Virus genome (UHGV): UHGV-0324172
Direction: 5' to 3' (one strand)
Length of the DNA: 42,655 nucleotides
Source: a virus
Shown here: positions 18,946 to 28,026 of the stretch, in pieces
Numbering within the stretch: the stretch's first letter is position 1
How the letters are laid out: each line of letters begins with the position of its first letter
Program-made: the position numbers and the translations under genes
The notes under the pieces: generated by a model
What the model was told of the DNA's origin: nothing
The model's database searches: none
Seen by the model: only the letters and a program-made list of their open reading frames with translations

Positions 18946-19359
18946 TTATGAAAAATACTTATTAAAAAACGCTCTACCTTCATCGATTGCAGGTTCCCAA
19001 AAAGGCTGTGCATGTTGCCCTTTAGTTGTGTGCCAATGTCCGTCTGCGTCTTTGTAACGCCACGGGATATTCTTTGCACGACTACCACCCGGACCGGCTG
19101 CGTATATCCCTGTACCGTAGTTGACGTAAACTGCGTACTCACTGCCGATATTAATAACGCCTGTTAATCCACCCTTCTTAAAGTCCATAGAAACACTTTC
19201 TCTAAGATAACCGGTATCAACAGGCATGTTACTAACTATTGAATTGTGAATAATTGTTGTTGTCTTGGCTATACCTTTTTTAGCCCATCTAATCGTTTCT
19301 TTTTCAAACTCTTCAAGTTCCTTAACTAAATCCCAATTTCCGTATTTAACCTTAGCCAA
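18946..19359 (-). CDS. Head-tail joining protein (HK97 gp10-like)
   Basis: 137 aa. Position only. Confidence 0.45.
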   Translation of the reverse strand: MAKVKYGNWDLVKELEEFEKETIRWAKKGIAKTTTIIHNSIVSNMPVDTGYLRESVSMDFKKGGLTGVINIGSEYAVYVNYGTGIYAAGPGGSRAKNIPWRYKDADGHWHTTKGQHAQPFWEPAIDEGRAFFNKYFS

Positions 19360-19681
19360 TAGGACATTCTCTCAATCTTGTTAAGTTGATTTCTTGTTGT
19401 CCGCCTTGGTCGACAGGTTCTCCTACTACTTCGTAAGTTTTACCGTTGTATTTAAATAAGTTTGTGTTAGTTATTGGCAGGCTGTACGGCGTATATAGGT
19501 TTCTGTCGTATGATTGGTTCATTTGATGAAACTTGAGTTGTTCAGATGAAGTAGGCGTATCCATAAATCCTTGTATTGTTTTTTCGCTCTTAAAGCGCTC
19601 TTGTTCACGCGGATACTCTCCTACAACCTCTCTTGAGCCTAATTCGATTGTATGAGGAAACTCATTTAATGGATTAAACAT
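19352..19681 (-). CDS. Head closure / head-tail adaptor protein
   Basis: 109 aa. Position only. Confidence 0.45.
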   Translation of the reverse strand: MFNPLNEFPHTIELGSREVVGEYPREQERFKSEKTIQGFMDTPTSSEQLKFHQMNQSYDRNLYTPYSLPITNTNLFKYNGKTYEVVGEPVDQGGQQEINLTRLRECPIG

Positions 19682-19988
19682 GATAACCAGTCCAACGTAA
19701 GCGTCTAAATGGTTTAAGGTAACCGTATGTTTCCTTAGGTAGATCAGTAACGAAAGTGTAGCTCACAGTACCCATAGTACGTGAAGAAATATTGCTAGTC
19801 GTACCTTGTTTAATACAGTTAGCAATGAATTTCTCTACATTACTAGGTAATGACTTCCTATTGAATGTTTGATTACAATACTCTTCAGCTACATTCAGAT
19901 ACTTTTCAATAAGTAATTCGATTGTTTCGTCATTTGAAGTATCATCGAGTGAGAGATTGTTTAATAATTTAACGTCTTGTGCGTTCAT
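19674..19988 (-). CDS. Head-tail connector protein (gp6-like DNA-packaging/connector family)
   Basis: 104 aa. N-terminal motif typical of gp6-like connectors (LLNNLSLDDTSNDETIELLIEKYLNVAEEYCNQ). Confidence 0.5.
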   Translation of the reverse strand: MNAQDVKLLNNLSLDDTSNDETIELLIEKYLNVAEEYCNQTFNRKSLPSNVEKFIANCIKQGTTSNISSRTMGTVSYTFVTDLPKETYGYLKPFRRLRWTGYHV

Positions 19989-20278
19989 TACTCAACACTT
20001 CCTAATGCTTCAATGAGTTCATCTTTTTTCATACTAGAAAAGCCCTCTATTTCACGTTCTTTAGCGAGTTCTCTTAATTCTGATACTTTCATACCTTTTA
20101 AGTCTTTGTCGCTCTCTACACGCTCAATAAGGGGCTTGTTTTGACGGTTCTCTTTTGTGGATAGTTCAGTTAATCGTTCATTACTTACATTTAAACCTTT
20201 ACGAGGGAACGTATCTCCAACGTTATATTCGTAGTTGTTATCTTGTAAGTCTGTGAAGTATTCGATTACTTTATACAT
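19988..20278 (-). CDS. Rho-N-terminal (SAP-like) domain protein conserved after the capsid gene
   Basis: C-terminal VSELRELAKEREIEGFSSMKKDELIEAL matches the Rho termination factor N-terminal helix-hairpin motif. Confidence 0.5.
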   Translation of the reverse strand: MYKVIEYFTDLQDNNYEYNVGDTFPRKGLNVSNERLTELSTKENRQNKPLIERVESDKDLKGMKVSELRELAKEREIEGFSSMKKDELIEALGSVE

Positions 20279-20294
20279 ACGTCACTACCTCCTT

Positions 20295-21125
20295 TTATGC
20301 GCCTGAGTCTGTAGTTCCTGCGCCTTTAGTAACCTTAACTGCTTTAGATTCATCATATAAGTATGCTACATAATGTTTATCACTGTATAAAGCAGTTGTT
20401 TTAGTTGAAGGATCACGGTCAGTTTCTAAGAAGAAATCACGTTTAGTGATTAATTTAACTGCACCACGTTTAGCTAAAATAGCTTCGCCCTCATCTAATT
20501 TCTTAGAACGTACAATTACTGCACCTAAAGCTTCACCAAATGCACCTTTAACGATAATGTTATCGCCTAATTCAGTCGCACGAGTGAAGTTTGAAGAAGC
20601 ACTAGAACGTAACTTGCCAGCGTCTTTAGGGTTAATGAATAATACCATTGGTTCTAAATCTTCATCGTCAAATGTATCAATAGCAGCTTCTAAACCTGCT
20701 AATGTACCAATATCTCCACTAACTGTTAATTTCGTGCCTCGTAAAGCTTCTAATACGTCGTTATCTACTTTGTTAGCAATGGCTAAGCCATGTTGACGTA
20801 CTGCTTCGCCTTGAGGGTCACCATAACCAGATAATAAAGCTTCATCAGTAATATCAGTACCTTTACCGATTTTATGAATTTTAGCTTCACGTCTGTTAGT
20901 TTCAATTTTGTCTACAGGAATTTTTTGTCCTTCAGGTACTACTGTAGCATCGCCACTGTAAACAAATGCAGGGAAAGTTAAAGTGTCACCTGGTTGTCCT
21001 ACTAATGTACTGTCAATGTCTGCAAATTGTGCAAATCTCAATTTCTTATCTAATTCTGCTTGCATCATAGGTTTTAATACTTCTGGAACGATTTGTGTAC
21101 TTTTAGTTGTTGTTCCTTGTGCCAT
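20295..21125 (-). CDS. Major capsid protein
   Basis: 276 aa, immediately downstream of the scaffold gene. Gly/Ala/Thr-rich composition of a highly expressed structural protein. Confidence 0.65.
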   Translation of the reverse strand: MAQGTTTKSTQIVPEVLKPMMQAELDKKLRFAQFADIDSTLVGQPGDTLTFPAFVYSGDATVVPEGQKIPVDKIETNRREAKIHKIGKGTDITDEALLSGYGDPQGEAVRQHGLAIANKVDNDVLEALRGTKLTVSGDIGTLAGLEAAIDTFDDEDLEPMVLFINPKDAGKLRSSASSNFTRATELGDNIIVKGAFGEALGAVIVRSKKLDEGEAILAKRGAVKLITKRDFFLETDRDPSTKTTALYSDKHYVAYLYDESKAVKVTKGAGTTDSGA

Positions 21126-21142
21126 ATGTTATTACCTCTTTT

Positions 21143-21736
21143 CTAATTGTTTATTAGAGTGTCGTAAGTTTTTCTATCATTAACAAATAGATTAGTTCTC
21201 TCTGCGACACTCATATTGTTAAATTCTTCTTGTGTAATCCCACCATTTACGTTTTTACCGTCGTCTGGTGTGCGTCCACTTGGTTTACTTTCAGCAAATA
21301 AATAAGGCTTAGACTCTTTTAACGATTCAATCGCTTTATCTAAACCTTTAACTTTGCCGTCATCTTGTAGTTCTAGTTCATCTTTGTTGATGAAAGCTAG
21401 AATGTCGTCAGCGTCGTTTGCGTCTTTCGCAACAGCTAACTTAACAGCGTTATTCAATTGTGATTCTTGGTACTTAGTTTGCCACTCTGCGTTTTTATCT
21501 TTTAATTCATCGAGTTCTTTTTGTAACTCGCTATCATCTTTCACAGAGTCATGTAATTTGGCAATTTGTTCATCACGGTTAGTAATCTCTGCTTTTAATT
21601 CATCGATTTCAGCGTTCTTGTCATTCAGTCGAGAACGTGGTACCATACCTGATTTCGATTCATCAATAGCGTCAATCACTTTCTGTTTATCGATTTCACC
21701 GTCTTTAAATTGCCCTAATAATGCGTATAAGTCCAT
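21143..21736 (-). CDS. Scaffolding protein
   Basis: 197 aa, strongly alpha-helical/coiled-coil and acidic (KAEITNRDEQIAKLHDS...ELDELKDKNAEWQ), between the minor head and capsid genes. Confidence 0.7.
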   Translation of the reverse strand: MDLYALLGQFKDGEIDKQKVIDAIDESKSGMVPRSRLNDKNAEIDELKAEITNRDEQIAKLHDSVKDDSELQKELDELKDKNAEWQTKYQESQLNNAVKLAVAKDANDADDILAFINKDELELQDDGKVKGLDKAIESLKESKPYLFAESKPSGRTPDDGKNVNGGITQEEFNNMSVAERTNLFVNDRKTYDTLINN

Positions 21737-21829
21737 ATTTAATTGCTCCTTTTACGTTTTTTACGTGTAACGACACGAAAGATTTGTATAAAAAAGAAGC
21801 CTTTTAACGACGGTGCTAAGGTCGAGTAT

Positions 21830-22777
21830 TTACTGCTTACGTTTATTCTTCTCCCACTCTCTATAGTTAGTGAAAGGTATCACGCCATCTTCTTTAGTTC
21901 TCATCGTTGTAGGTAATTCATCTTCGTCTATGTAATAAAGAAGCTTACAACGACAATTGATGTTCTCTTTCGCACTAGCTACACCTATAAACAACTTAGG
22001 TGCAGGACCTACACAACCACTTGAGTGAAAGTTATCTTCAATATCAACTGAAGTGCCGTCTAAGTGTCTGTGTGTATCACGTGTGCGTGTATCTTTAGTA
22101 GCATACCAACGTTTTTTCATATCAAGTCCGTTATCTTTAGCTACCATTGCACTATCTAATCCAGCTTGTGACAATGCACGTCCTGTTTCTGTACGTGCTA
22201 CTCTTACTGATTGCGCTTTTGCCATTCCTAAGTCATCTCTTAATGCTTTAGCTATCTTAGAATATCCCTCGCCACTCATAATGCCTTGTGTTATGTGTGT
22301 ACGAATACGTTTCAATGTATCATCACGATGTTTCTGTAATGTAGGTACTAACTTAATAAACTCAATAGGTTGTTCTATTGCCGTCTGTATCGTTTGTGTG
22401 GTTGGTATATCAAAGTTCATAGACGTTTGACTTGCTACTTCATACAAAAATAGGCTCATCATGTACTTTTCGATATAGACGTTCTGTTGTGACTGTTTGA
22501 TAGCCTTAGCGACTTCTCTGTAGTCTTGAGATAACATCTGTCCTATACGATTAAGTTCTTTATTGAGCCTGTTGTATTTATTAAATTCAGTCCACGTTAC
22601 TTTCGGTTCATCTCTATCGTACCTTTCGTACATATTCACTATAATCTGTTTAATTTCTTTCAAACGTTTAGCAAATAGTATTTCGATTTCTTTCTCTGCT
22701 TGATTAACCAGTTTGTCGATGTAGTTATCTATGTCATTCTGATTGGTTATTTTCGGATTGTCTTTGTTGTTCGCCAT
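21830..22777 (-). CDS. Minor head / head morphogenesis protein (SPP1 gp7 / MuF-like)
   Basis: 315 aa directly after the portal gene. Start overlaps the portal stop by 44 nt. Confidence 0.7.
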   Translation of the reverse strand: MANNKDNPKITNQNDIDNYIDKLVNQAEKEIEILFAKRLKEIKQIIVNMYERYDRDEPKVTWTEFNKYNRLNKELNRIGQMLSQDYREVAKAIKQSQQNVYIEKYMMSLFLYEVASQTSMNFDIPTTQTIQTAIEQPIEFIKLVPTLQKHRDDTLKRIRTHITQGIMSGEGYSKIAKALRDDLGMAKAQSVRVARTETGRALSQAGLDSAMVAKDNGLDMKKRWYATKDTRTRDTHRHLDGTSVDIEDNFHSSGCVGPAPKLFIGVASAKENINCRCKLLYYIDEDELPTTMRTKEDGVIPFTNYREWEKNKRKQ

Positions 22778-24170
22778 TCAATCCCTCCTCAATGTCAGGG
22801 AGTTGTTGATTGAGTTCTATGTTTTCTTGCTCTATTCTTTCCATTTCAGCTACAGGATCTTGTACCCACGAATGATTACCAAGAATAGTTTCTTTAGATA
22901 ATAACCCTGTAGAATTCATAGCGATTTGAGAGTTTTCTAACTCATTAACCATTACATTGAAGTTGAATGTAATCTCGATGTCTTGCACTCTCACATCTAA
23001 TCTGTAGAAGTCGATAATGTACTGCAATAGCTCTTGTAATGCAGTAAGTGTTTTATTCTTTAGCTTGTTAGCTTTTAAGTCTAAGTTACTGTACATAAAT
23101 TTAAGTGCAATACCACTTGGGCTATTACCAAACTTATCTTGTTGGAAGTCTACACCTTGACCAAACTCTATAATGTAATCACGTAACATCTTCGTGTATT
23201 CCTTAACAGAGTCAATAGGCACTTCTACTTTAATAGTGTCTACGCCGGAACCACTTTCTCCTGCAACACTAATTGCTTTGTAGTATTTTAGGTTATGCAT
23301 GAAGTCTTTCATATCTTCACCTTCATAACCTTTTAAGATATAGATTAACTCTACTGATTCGTCAAAAGTGTTTTGTGTATCTGATAATCGCTTATCTAAC
23401 GCATCTATGATTGTCTTATACATGAATAAGTCAGATACTTCTTGCGGGTTGTTCTTGAACGGAATAAAAGGAACACGTCCCCAACTCATCAATTTATTAC
23501 CTTGATAATAATGAGGTTGTATATGATCATCACTACGATAGAAATCAGGGATAAGTTGTCCTTCTTTCAACTCATAGAATGTCACATCATCTTTCGTCCA
23601 ATACTCAACGCGTTCTGCTCCGTCTAATTCATACACACGGATAAATGCTTGTAATTCATCTCTTTCTTTATTAGTCCAAATAGGAATAGCTTGTTCTGCA
23701 GGAACACGAAACGTTTTAAATTCTCCCTCTTCATCTACATAAGGTTGAACCCATTCGATACCTTTATTACTTGCAGCAGTTAATATATCTACTAACTTGT
23801 CATCCCACTTGTGATTAAGTGTGTGTTGTATTTGCTTTAACGCTTTGTCATTATCTACACCAAATGTCACCGGATTAGCTACTGCATAAGCTACTTTCTG
23901 GTCTACTAAGTTTTGATGATAATTTGTGTACATACGCCAGTCTGGTTTAGTTTCATCATAGTCACCGTTCACATCTCTTTTGAAAGGAGCGTCTAGTATA
24001 TCCGGATGATGATTATAATATCTTTCGCCCATCGTGATATTATCTATGTTCTCTTTATGTTCTCTAACTAAGCGCAATATCATTTCTTCTTGTGTTTCAT
24101 ACTTCGGTTTAATCTGTTCTACCACTTGTTCGTGATATGGTTTATCCCACGGCCAGTTAATGCTAATCAC
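22734..24170 (-). CDS. Portal protein
   Basis: 478 aa directly downstream of terL. SPP1-type portal arrangement. Confidence 0.85.
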   Translation of the reverse strand: MISINWPWDKPYHEQVVEQIKPKYETQEEMILRLVREHKENIDNITMGERYYNHHPDILDAPFKRDVNGDYDETKPDWRMYTNYHQNLVDQKVAYAVANPVTFGVDNDKALKQIQHTLNHKWDDKLVDILTAASNKGIEWVQPYVDEEGEFKTFRVPAEQAIPIWTNKERDELQAFIRVYELDGAERVEYWTKDDVTFYELKEGQLIPDFYRSDDHIQPHYYQGNKLMSWGRVPFIPFKNNPQEVSDLFMYKTIIDALDKRLSDTQNTFDESVELIYILKGYEGEDMKDFMHNLKYYKAISVAGESGSGVDTIKVEVPIDSVKEYTKMLRDYIIEFGQGVDFQQDKFGNSPSGIALKFMYSNLDLKANKLKNKTLTALQELLQYIIDFYRLDVRVQDIEITFNFNVMVNELENSQIAMNSTGLLSKETILGNHSWVQDPVAEMERIEQENIELNQQLPDIEEGLNGEQQRQSENNQSE

Positions 24171-24175
24171 CTCGT

Positions 24176-25438
24176 TTACGTAAGTATGCTAAGTTTATTC
24201 TGCCTCATGTCACGCTCTAGGGCGTATCTAGTGGCGTCAATTGTATGGTCGTTTTTATCTTCTAATTTAGGAATAATATCTCCATCTTTATCAGTTTGAT
24301 AATCTATGTTTTCAAATTCTCTTGCTATATTCGGTGTACGTTTTGGATCTATTATGATAGCTTCTAAATCAGATAACCATTGTTCACCATATTCTCTGCT
24401 ATCAGGTCCTTTTTTAACCGGTCTTACTTTTTTCATGCCATGTTCTTGCTTTAATTCAGCTATTGATTTAGGTTCGGCATGGTCAGCGTAAATGTCGTCT
24501 GACTGATATTTTCTTTTCCACATTTCGTTTGCATATTGCCTATTACTAATCTGAACACCGTAATATTCATCGATAGCGTAAATAACCCGTTTCTTTTTAT
24601 CATAATGCCAACGGACAAACGCTAACGGATCGTCAGCATATCCAAAGTCAAGGCCATTCCTTATGTTGTCAAAACCGTCAATCATTTCTTGGGGTATCGT
24701 TTCTATTTGTAAATTGTTAAACGGTACAACGCCACTCCCTATCGCTTCCCCCATATACTCCCAACGATAACGTTGTTCGTTACGTTCTTTCGCACTCTCT
24801 GCCTCTTGTATAAACTGTTTAGATATAAAAGGGTTATCTAAGTACGTTGAATGATGTACGAATGTATTATCCGGTTGGAATGAGGTTTCGTATTTTTTGT
24901 TAACCCACGATTGTTTTCTCTTAGGTGGATTGTAGCTAAAGAAAAACTTGTAGAACAATCCGTCATCTAATTCACCACGTAGCATAGAGTTAGTAATTGT
25001 TGTAACTTCGTCCTCTGTCTTAAATTCTGCCAACTCCTCTATCCACATGATAGAAAAAGGGAACCGACTATCTTTTAACGACTTTAATCGTTCAGGGTTC
25101 TGTGCCCCTCTAAAGATAATCCGATTCCCTCTGGGTACATATGTGATTTCCATTGGCGACACTTTAACTTTGAACAGGTGTGACACCTTTTGTTCTTCTA
25201 TCGCCCACTTGATTTGTTCAAACACTGATGTAGCTAATGTATTATCTGTCTTACGTACTACAACTGCATTCATAGGATAACGCATGATTAACTGTGTAAT
25301 GATAATAGATATGTCAGATGACTTACCACTACCACGTCCACCTTTAGCTACTATGTTGAGTTTCTCTCTATCCTTAGTTGCCTTCCATAAGCTATGAAAG
25401 TGTTTAGGTAACAGTTCGGACAGTTTAATTGATATCAT
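24176..25438 (-). CDS. terL: Terminase large subunit
   Basis: 420 aa. N-terminal ATPase Walker A (AKGGRGSGKS). C-terminal nuclease region. Overlaps the terS stop. Confidence 0.9.
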   Translation of the reverse strand: MISIKLSELLPKHFHSLWKATKDREKLNIVAKGGRGSGKSSDISIIITQLIMRYPMNAVVVRKTDNTLATSVFEQIKWAIEEQKVSHLFKVKVSPMEITYVPRGNRIIFRGAQNPERLKSLKDSRFPFSIMWIEELAEFKTEDEVTTITNSMLRGELDDGLFYKFFFSYNPPKRKQSWVNKKYETSFQPDNTFVHHSTYLDNPFISKQFIQEAESAKERNEQRYRWEYMGEAIGSGVVPFNNLQIETIPQEMIDGFDNIRNGLDFGYADDPLAFVRWHYDKKKRVIYAIDEYYGVQISNRQYANEMWKRKYQSDDIYADHAEPKSIAELKQEHGMKKVRPVKKGPDSREYGEQWLSDLEAIIIDPKRTPNIAREFENIDYQTDKDGDIIPKLEDKNDHTIDATRYALERDMRQNKLSILT

Positions 25439-25805
25439 CGTCGAAATGCACCGTCGCAGTCGTTTCGATTTGTTGTCTTTCTACAGGAGTATAACCTGTA
25501 CGATCCAATATATCTTTAGAGGCTTGATAGCGTACTAGCTCACTTTTAGCGTCTAATAAGTTAATCATCGTTTGTAAGGCTTTAGGTACCTGCTTAGACA
25601 AATGCTCTGCTTGGTAACCTTTAAAGCCTTCTCTGAATTTATCATTATGTTTCCAACGAGATATAGTAGAACGGTTAACGTCAATTTCAGCAGCTATTTC
25701 TCCCTCTGCTAAATCTGTTTCGTTCTTCAAGCGTATATATTCTTGTTGCTTCTTGGTTAATTCTAAGTACGCCCCGAATGTTGCGTTATTTTGCATGTTA
25801 GTCAT
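25425..25805 (-). CDS. terS: Terminase small subunit
   Basis: 126 aa with HTH-like N-terminal region (DVNRSTISRWKHNDK). Immediately upstream of terL with overlap. Confidence 0.8.
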   Translation of the reverse strand: MTNMQNNATFGAYLELTKKQQEYIRLKNETDLAEGEIAAEIDVNRSTISRWKHNDKFREGFKGYQAEHLSKQVPKALQTMINLLDAKSELVRYQASKDILDRTGYTPVERQQIETTATVHFDDDIN

Positions 25806-25841
25806 CGTATATTACCACCTACTTTACGTTATGCACTCTTT

Positions 25842-25876
25842 ATATTTTTAAAAAAGACACTGCGTAAACAGTGCCT
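25842..25876 (-). terminator. Hairpin + T-run (attenuator or terminator) about 40 nt upstream of terS
   Basis: Minus strand GGCACTG-TTTACG-CAGTGTC followed by TTTTTT. Confidence 0.4.
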
Positions 25877-25944
25877 AATGATTATGTTTTGTTATTTATT
25901 TGAGTTTATGTACTCATGTCACACCTCTATGTCACATCAATACA

Positions 25945-25979
25945 TAAAAAAAGTTACCCGTGTGTTCTCACGGATAACT
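25945..25979 (-). terminator. Strong rho-independent terminator in the rinA-terS leader
   Basis: Minus strand GTTATCCGTG-AGAACA-CACGGGTAAC (10-bp stem, one mismatch) followed by TTTTTTTAT. Confidence 0.6.
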
Positions 25980-26253
25980 TATTAAGGGAGGAGAAAAATT
26001 ACATGTTAAGTATTCATATCATCGTATCGGAAGCCGTGTTGTAAGATTCAATAAAACTACCCGCCACTCTGACGGATAGTTAAGCAATCGGATGTGCAAC
26101 GTCTAATCAAGGACGATAAACACTTATCCAATCACTTCGATATTGAATACCTCACCATAGTGCGAAAGGATAAACACTATGTCTTGTGAGGTAATTCTTA
26201 CAATATCATAATACACCGATTATAAACGGACTTACACACTTCAAAAGTCCACC

Positions 26254-26670
26254 CTACACATAACCTATGAATTCTGCCAATCTATTTATCATCGCGTCAC
26301 GTCGTCTTAATATGCTCGTCTTACTTGTACCGAAGTAGTCAGCTATATCCTCCCACTCACTGCAACCAATCGGACATTCCCAATATCTCAAACGCATTAA
26401 GTCTTGTGTATCTTCGTCCGATTCATAAATAAGTTTGTCTACACCTTTTACAATGTTACGTAAGTTGTTATAACGATTGTCACTTAACTTCTTAATTGAT
26501 TCTCTCTCAATAGGATTGCCTGGTATATTATTCTTACCTGCGCCTACATTCTCGGGTTCGTGGTTTTCTAGTAGTTCATACTCTCTTACTTTTAACTCTC
26601 GTCTGTAGCGTTCTATGTTCTTGATATAATCTTCTAACTTCTTTATATCATGTCGTTCAATCGTTATCAT
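26254..26670 (-). CDS. rinA: Late gene transcriptional activator, RinA/ArpU family
   Basis: 138 aa. C-terminal sigma-70 region-4-like HTH (YWECPIGCSEWEDIADYFGTSKTSILRRRDAMINRLAEFIG). Canonical position immediately upstream of terS. Confidence 0.75.
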   Translation of the reverse strand: MITIERHDIKKLEDYIKNIERYRRELKVREYELLENHEPENVGAGKNNIPGNPIERESIKKLSDNRYNNLRNIVKGVDKLIYESDEDTQDLMRLRYWECPIGCSEWEDIADYFGTSKTSILRRRDAMINRLAEFIGYV

Positions 26671-26687
26671 ACTTACCCTCCATTCCT

Positions 26688-26909
26688 TTAGTTTCCTTTT
26701 TTATTAATTCGCTTTTTGTATTCTTCGTACTTTAAATTTTGAAAATCATTACCGCCGTCATATTCATCCATTTTACTTAATATACTTTCTAAAGCTACAA
26801 TTTCACCGATTTTAACATGGGTACTACGGTCTTTATCGTTTTGCATCATCAAAATTAAACTAAGAACTAGAGTTTTTAATTTAATCCACTTGGATTTATA
26901 AAACATCAC
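26688..26909 (-). CDS. Hypothetical small protein with N-terminal hydrophobic segment
   Basis: 73-aa ORF. TM-like stretch LKTLVLSLILMM. Confidence 0.35.
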   Translation of the reverse strand: MMFYKSKWIKLKTLVLSLILMMQNDKDRSTHVKIGEIVALESILSKMDEYDGGNDFQNLKYEEYKKRINKKGN

Positions 26910-27037
26910 TTACCCTCCATTCTCCAACTTATCTTTAAGTCTTTTGACCTCATACTCTTTCACTTCTAACTGATGTTTTAGATCATTCTGTTCAAGTATC
27001 GAACCGAATAGAAGCAACACCAATATAATGATTGCTA

Positions 27038-27481
27038 TTACACCCCACATTGTTTGACCACCTCTAAATTAGGTTTGTGTTGTAGTACTTGTCCTCCACT
27101 TTTTGTAGCATGTGCTTTTGCCTCTGATAAGCTACGGAAAATACTAGCTTGCTCTAATCCTACAAACGTAAAATAAATACCATCGAAATGATCAGCTATT
27201 TCTATATGATTTGGTATATACATTTTCTTTAAAAATATATCTTTATTAACCTCGACAACATAAGTGCCTTGTTCGTTATTATCCTTATTTTTCAACCAAG
27301 ATACCTCTCTTTCTAAATGTAACTTATCTAATTGCAATCCATGTTTATCTTCCTGTAACTCATTAACTTTTTTTCTCTGCTTTAATCCACTTATATATAT
27401 AGCAAAAATACACAGTACTAACACAATTGTTACCGATAAAAAACTTATCCAAATCACTTTAATAACCTCCGTATATGCCAT
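27038..27481 (-). CDS. Hypothetical membrane-anchored protein
   Basis: 147 aa. N-terminal TM helix (VIWISFLSVTIVLVLCIFAIYI). Confidence 0.4.
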   Translation of the reverse strand: MAYTEVIKVIWISFLSVTIVLVLCIFAIYISGLKQRKKVNELQEDKHGLQLDKLHLEREVSWLKNKDNNEQGTYVVEVNKDIFLKKMYIPNHIEIADHFDGIYFTFVGLEQASIFRSLSEAKAHATKSGGQVLQHKPNLEVVKQCGV

Positions 27482-27629
27482 TTAAATGAGCGTGGTCGTG
27501 TTCGTCGAAGTCCTTAGGCACTTCCACCTCATCATTTGCAGTTAACTTATAGTACAACTCTCTACCAATCCATTTACCTAACTCGTACATTGCGATAGTG
27601 AACCATATCTTTAATATGCGTTTAATCAT
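27459..27629 (-). CDS. rinB: RinB-like small regulator (56 aa), not in the supplied track
   Basis: Manual translation: MIKRILKIWFTIAMYELGKWIGRELYYKLTANDEVEVPKDFDEHDHAHLNGIYGGY. It resembles staphylococcal phage RinB as recalled (AMYELGK...TANDEVEVP.DF). Start overlaps the stop of the 27622..27774 ORF (ATGATTAA). Confidence 0.5.
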   Translation of the reverse strand: MIKRILKIWFTIAMYELGKWIGRELYYKLTANDEVEVPKDFDEHDHAHLNGIYGGY

Positions 27630-27774
27630 CTAAATCATCTCCATGTTCGATATATTCTATAACGTGTTCCAACGCTGATTTATAAGTAAGTGTTATTGAA
27701 TCTTCCTGCTTTGATTCTTCAATATCGCTAATTACACTTTTTAATTTTCCAATTACTTCTTCACTACTTTTCAT
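27622..27774 (-). CDS. Hypothetical small acidic protein (50 aa), not in the supplied track
   Basis: Manual translation: MKSSEEVIGKLKSVISDIEESKQEDSITLTYKSALEHVIEYIEHGDDLDD. RBS GGAGTGAACGGA upstream. Translationally coupled to the RinB-like ORF. Confidence 0.3.
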   Translation of the reverse strand: MKSSEEVIGKLKSVISDIEESKQEDSITLTYKSALEHVIEYIEHGDDLDD

Positions 27775-27786
27775 TCCGTTCACTCC

Positions 27787-27990
27787 TTATCCCAATCTTT
27801 CTTGCAAACGATATAGTTTTCTAAGTTGTAATCTATCGTGCTGACTTAATATACGCTTTGCTTTCTCTTCTGCTTCTTCCTTATCCTCTGCTTCTACAAG
27901 TGTCATTTTCTCGTTAAATCTAGCTTGCTCGATGTGCTTGTGTATATGGCCTGTGCTATCTGTGAATTCTCTGATTAGGAATTGTTTCAC
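27787..27990 (-). CDS. Hypothetical small protein
   Basis: 67-aa ORF, charged/helical. Position only. Confidence 0.35.
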   Translation of the reverse strand: MKQFLIREFTDSTGHIHKHIEQARFNEKMTLVEAEDKEEAEEKAKRILSQHDRLQLRKLYRLQERLG

Positions 27991-28026
27991 TTCCCCAGCA
28001 CCTCTTTCACTTTTTCTAATATGTCT

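Noticed and set aside
17912-19142. Overlapping minus-strand ORFs 17912..18154 and 18918..19142
   Set aside because: Each lies in an alternative frame inside a better-supported structural gene (major tail protein; head-tail joining protein) and lacks an RBS.
25791-25985. 64-aa plus-strand ORF over the terS start and leader terminators
   Set aside because: Antisense to the packaging operon, spans a terminator hairpin, no RBS.
25806-26253. Long non-coding gap considered as a tRNA, group I intron or missed protein gene
   Set aside because: No cloverleaf-compatible stems or anticodon arm found by eye. No split-gene evidence (rinA and terS are intact). No ORF over about 13 codons with an RBS on the transcribed strand. 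Retained only as a structured regulatory leader.
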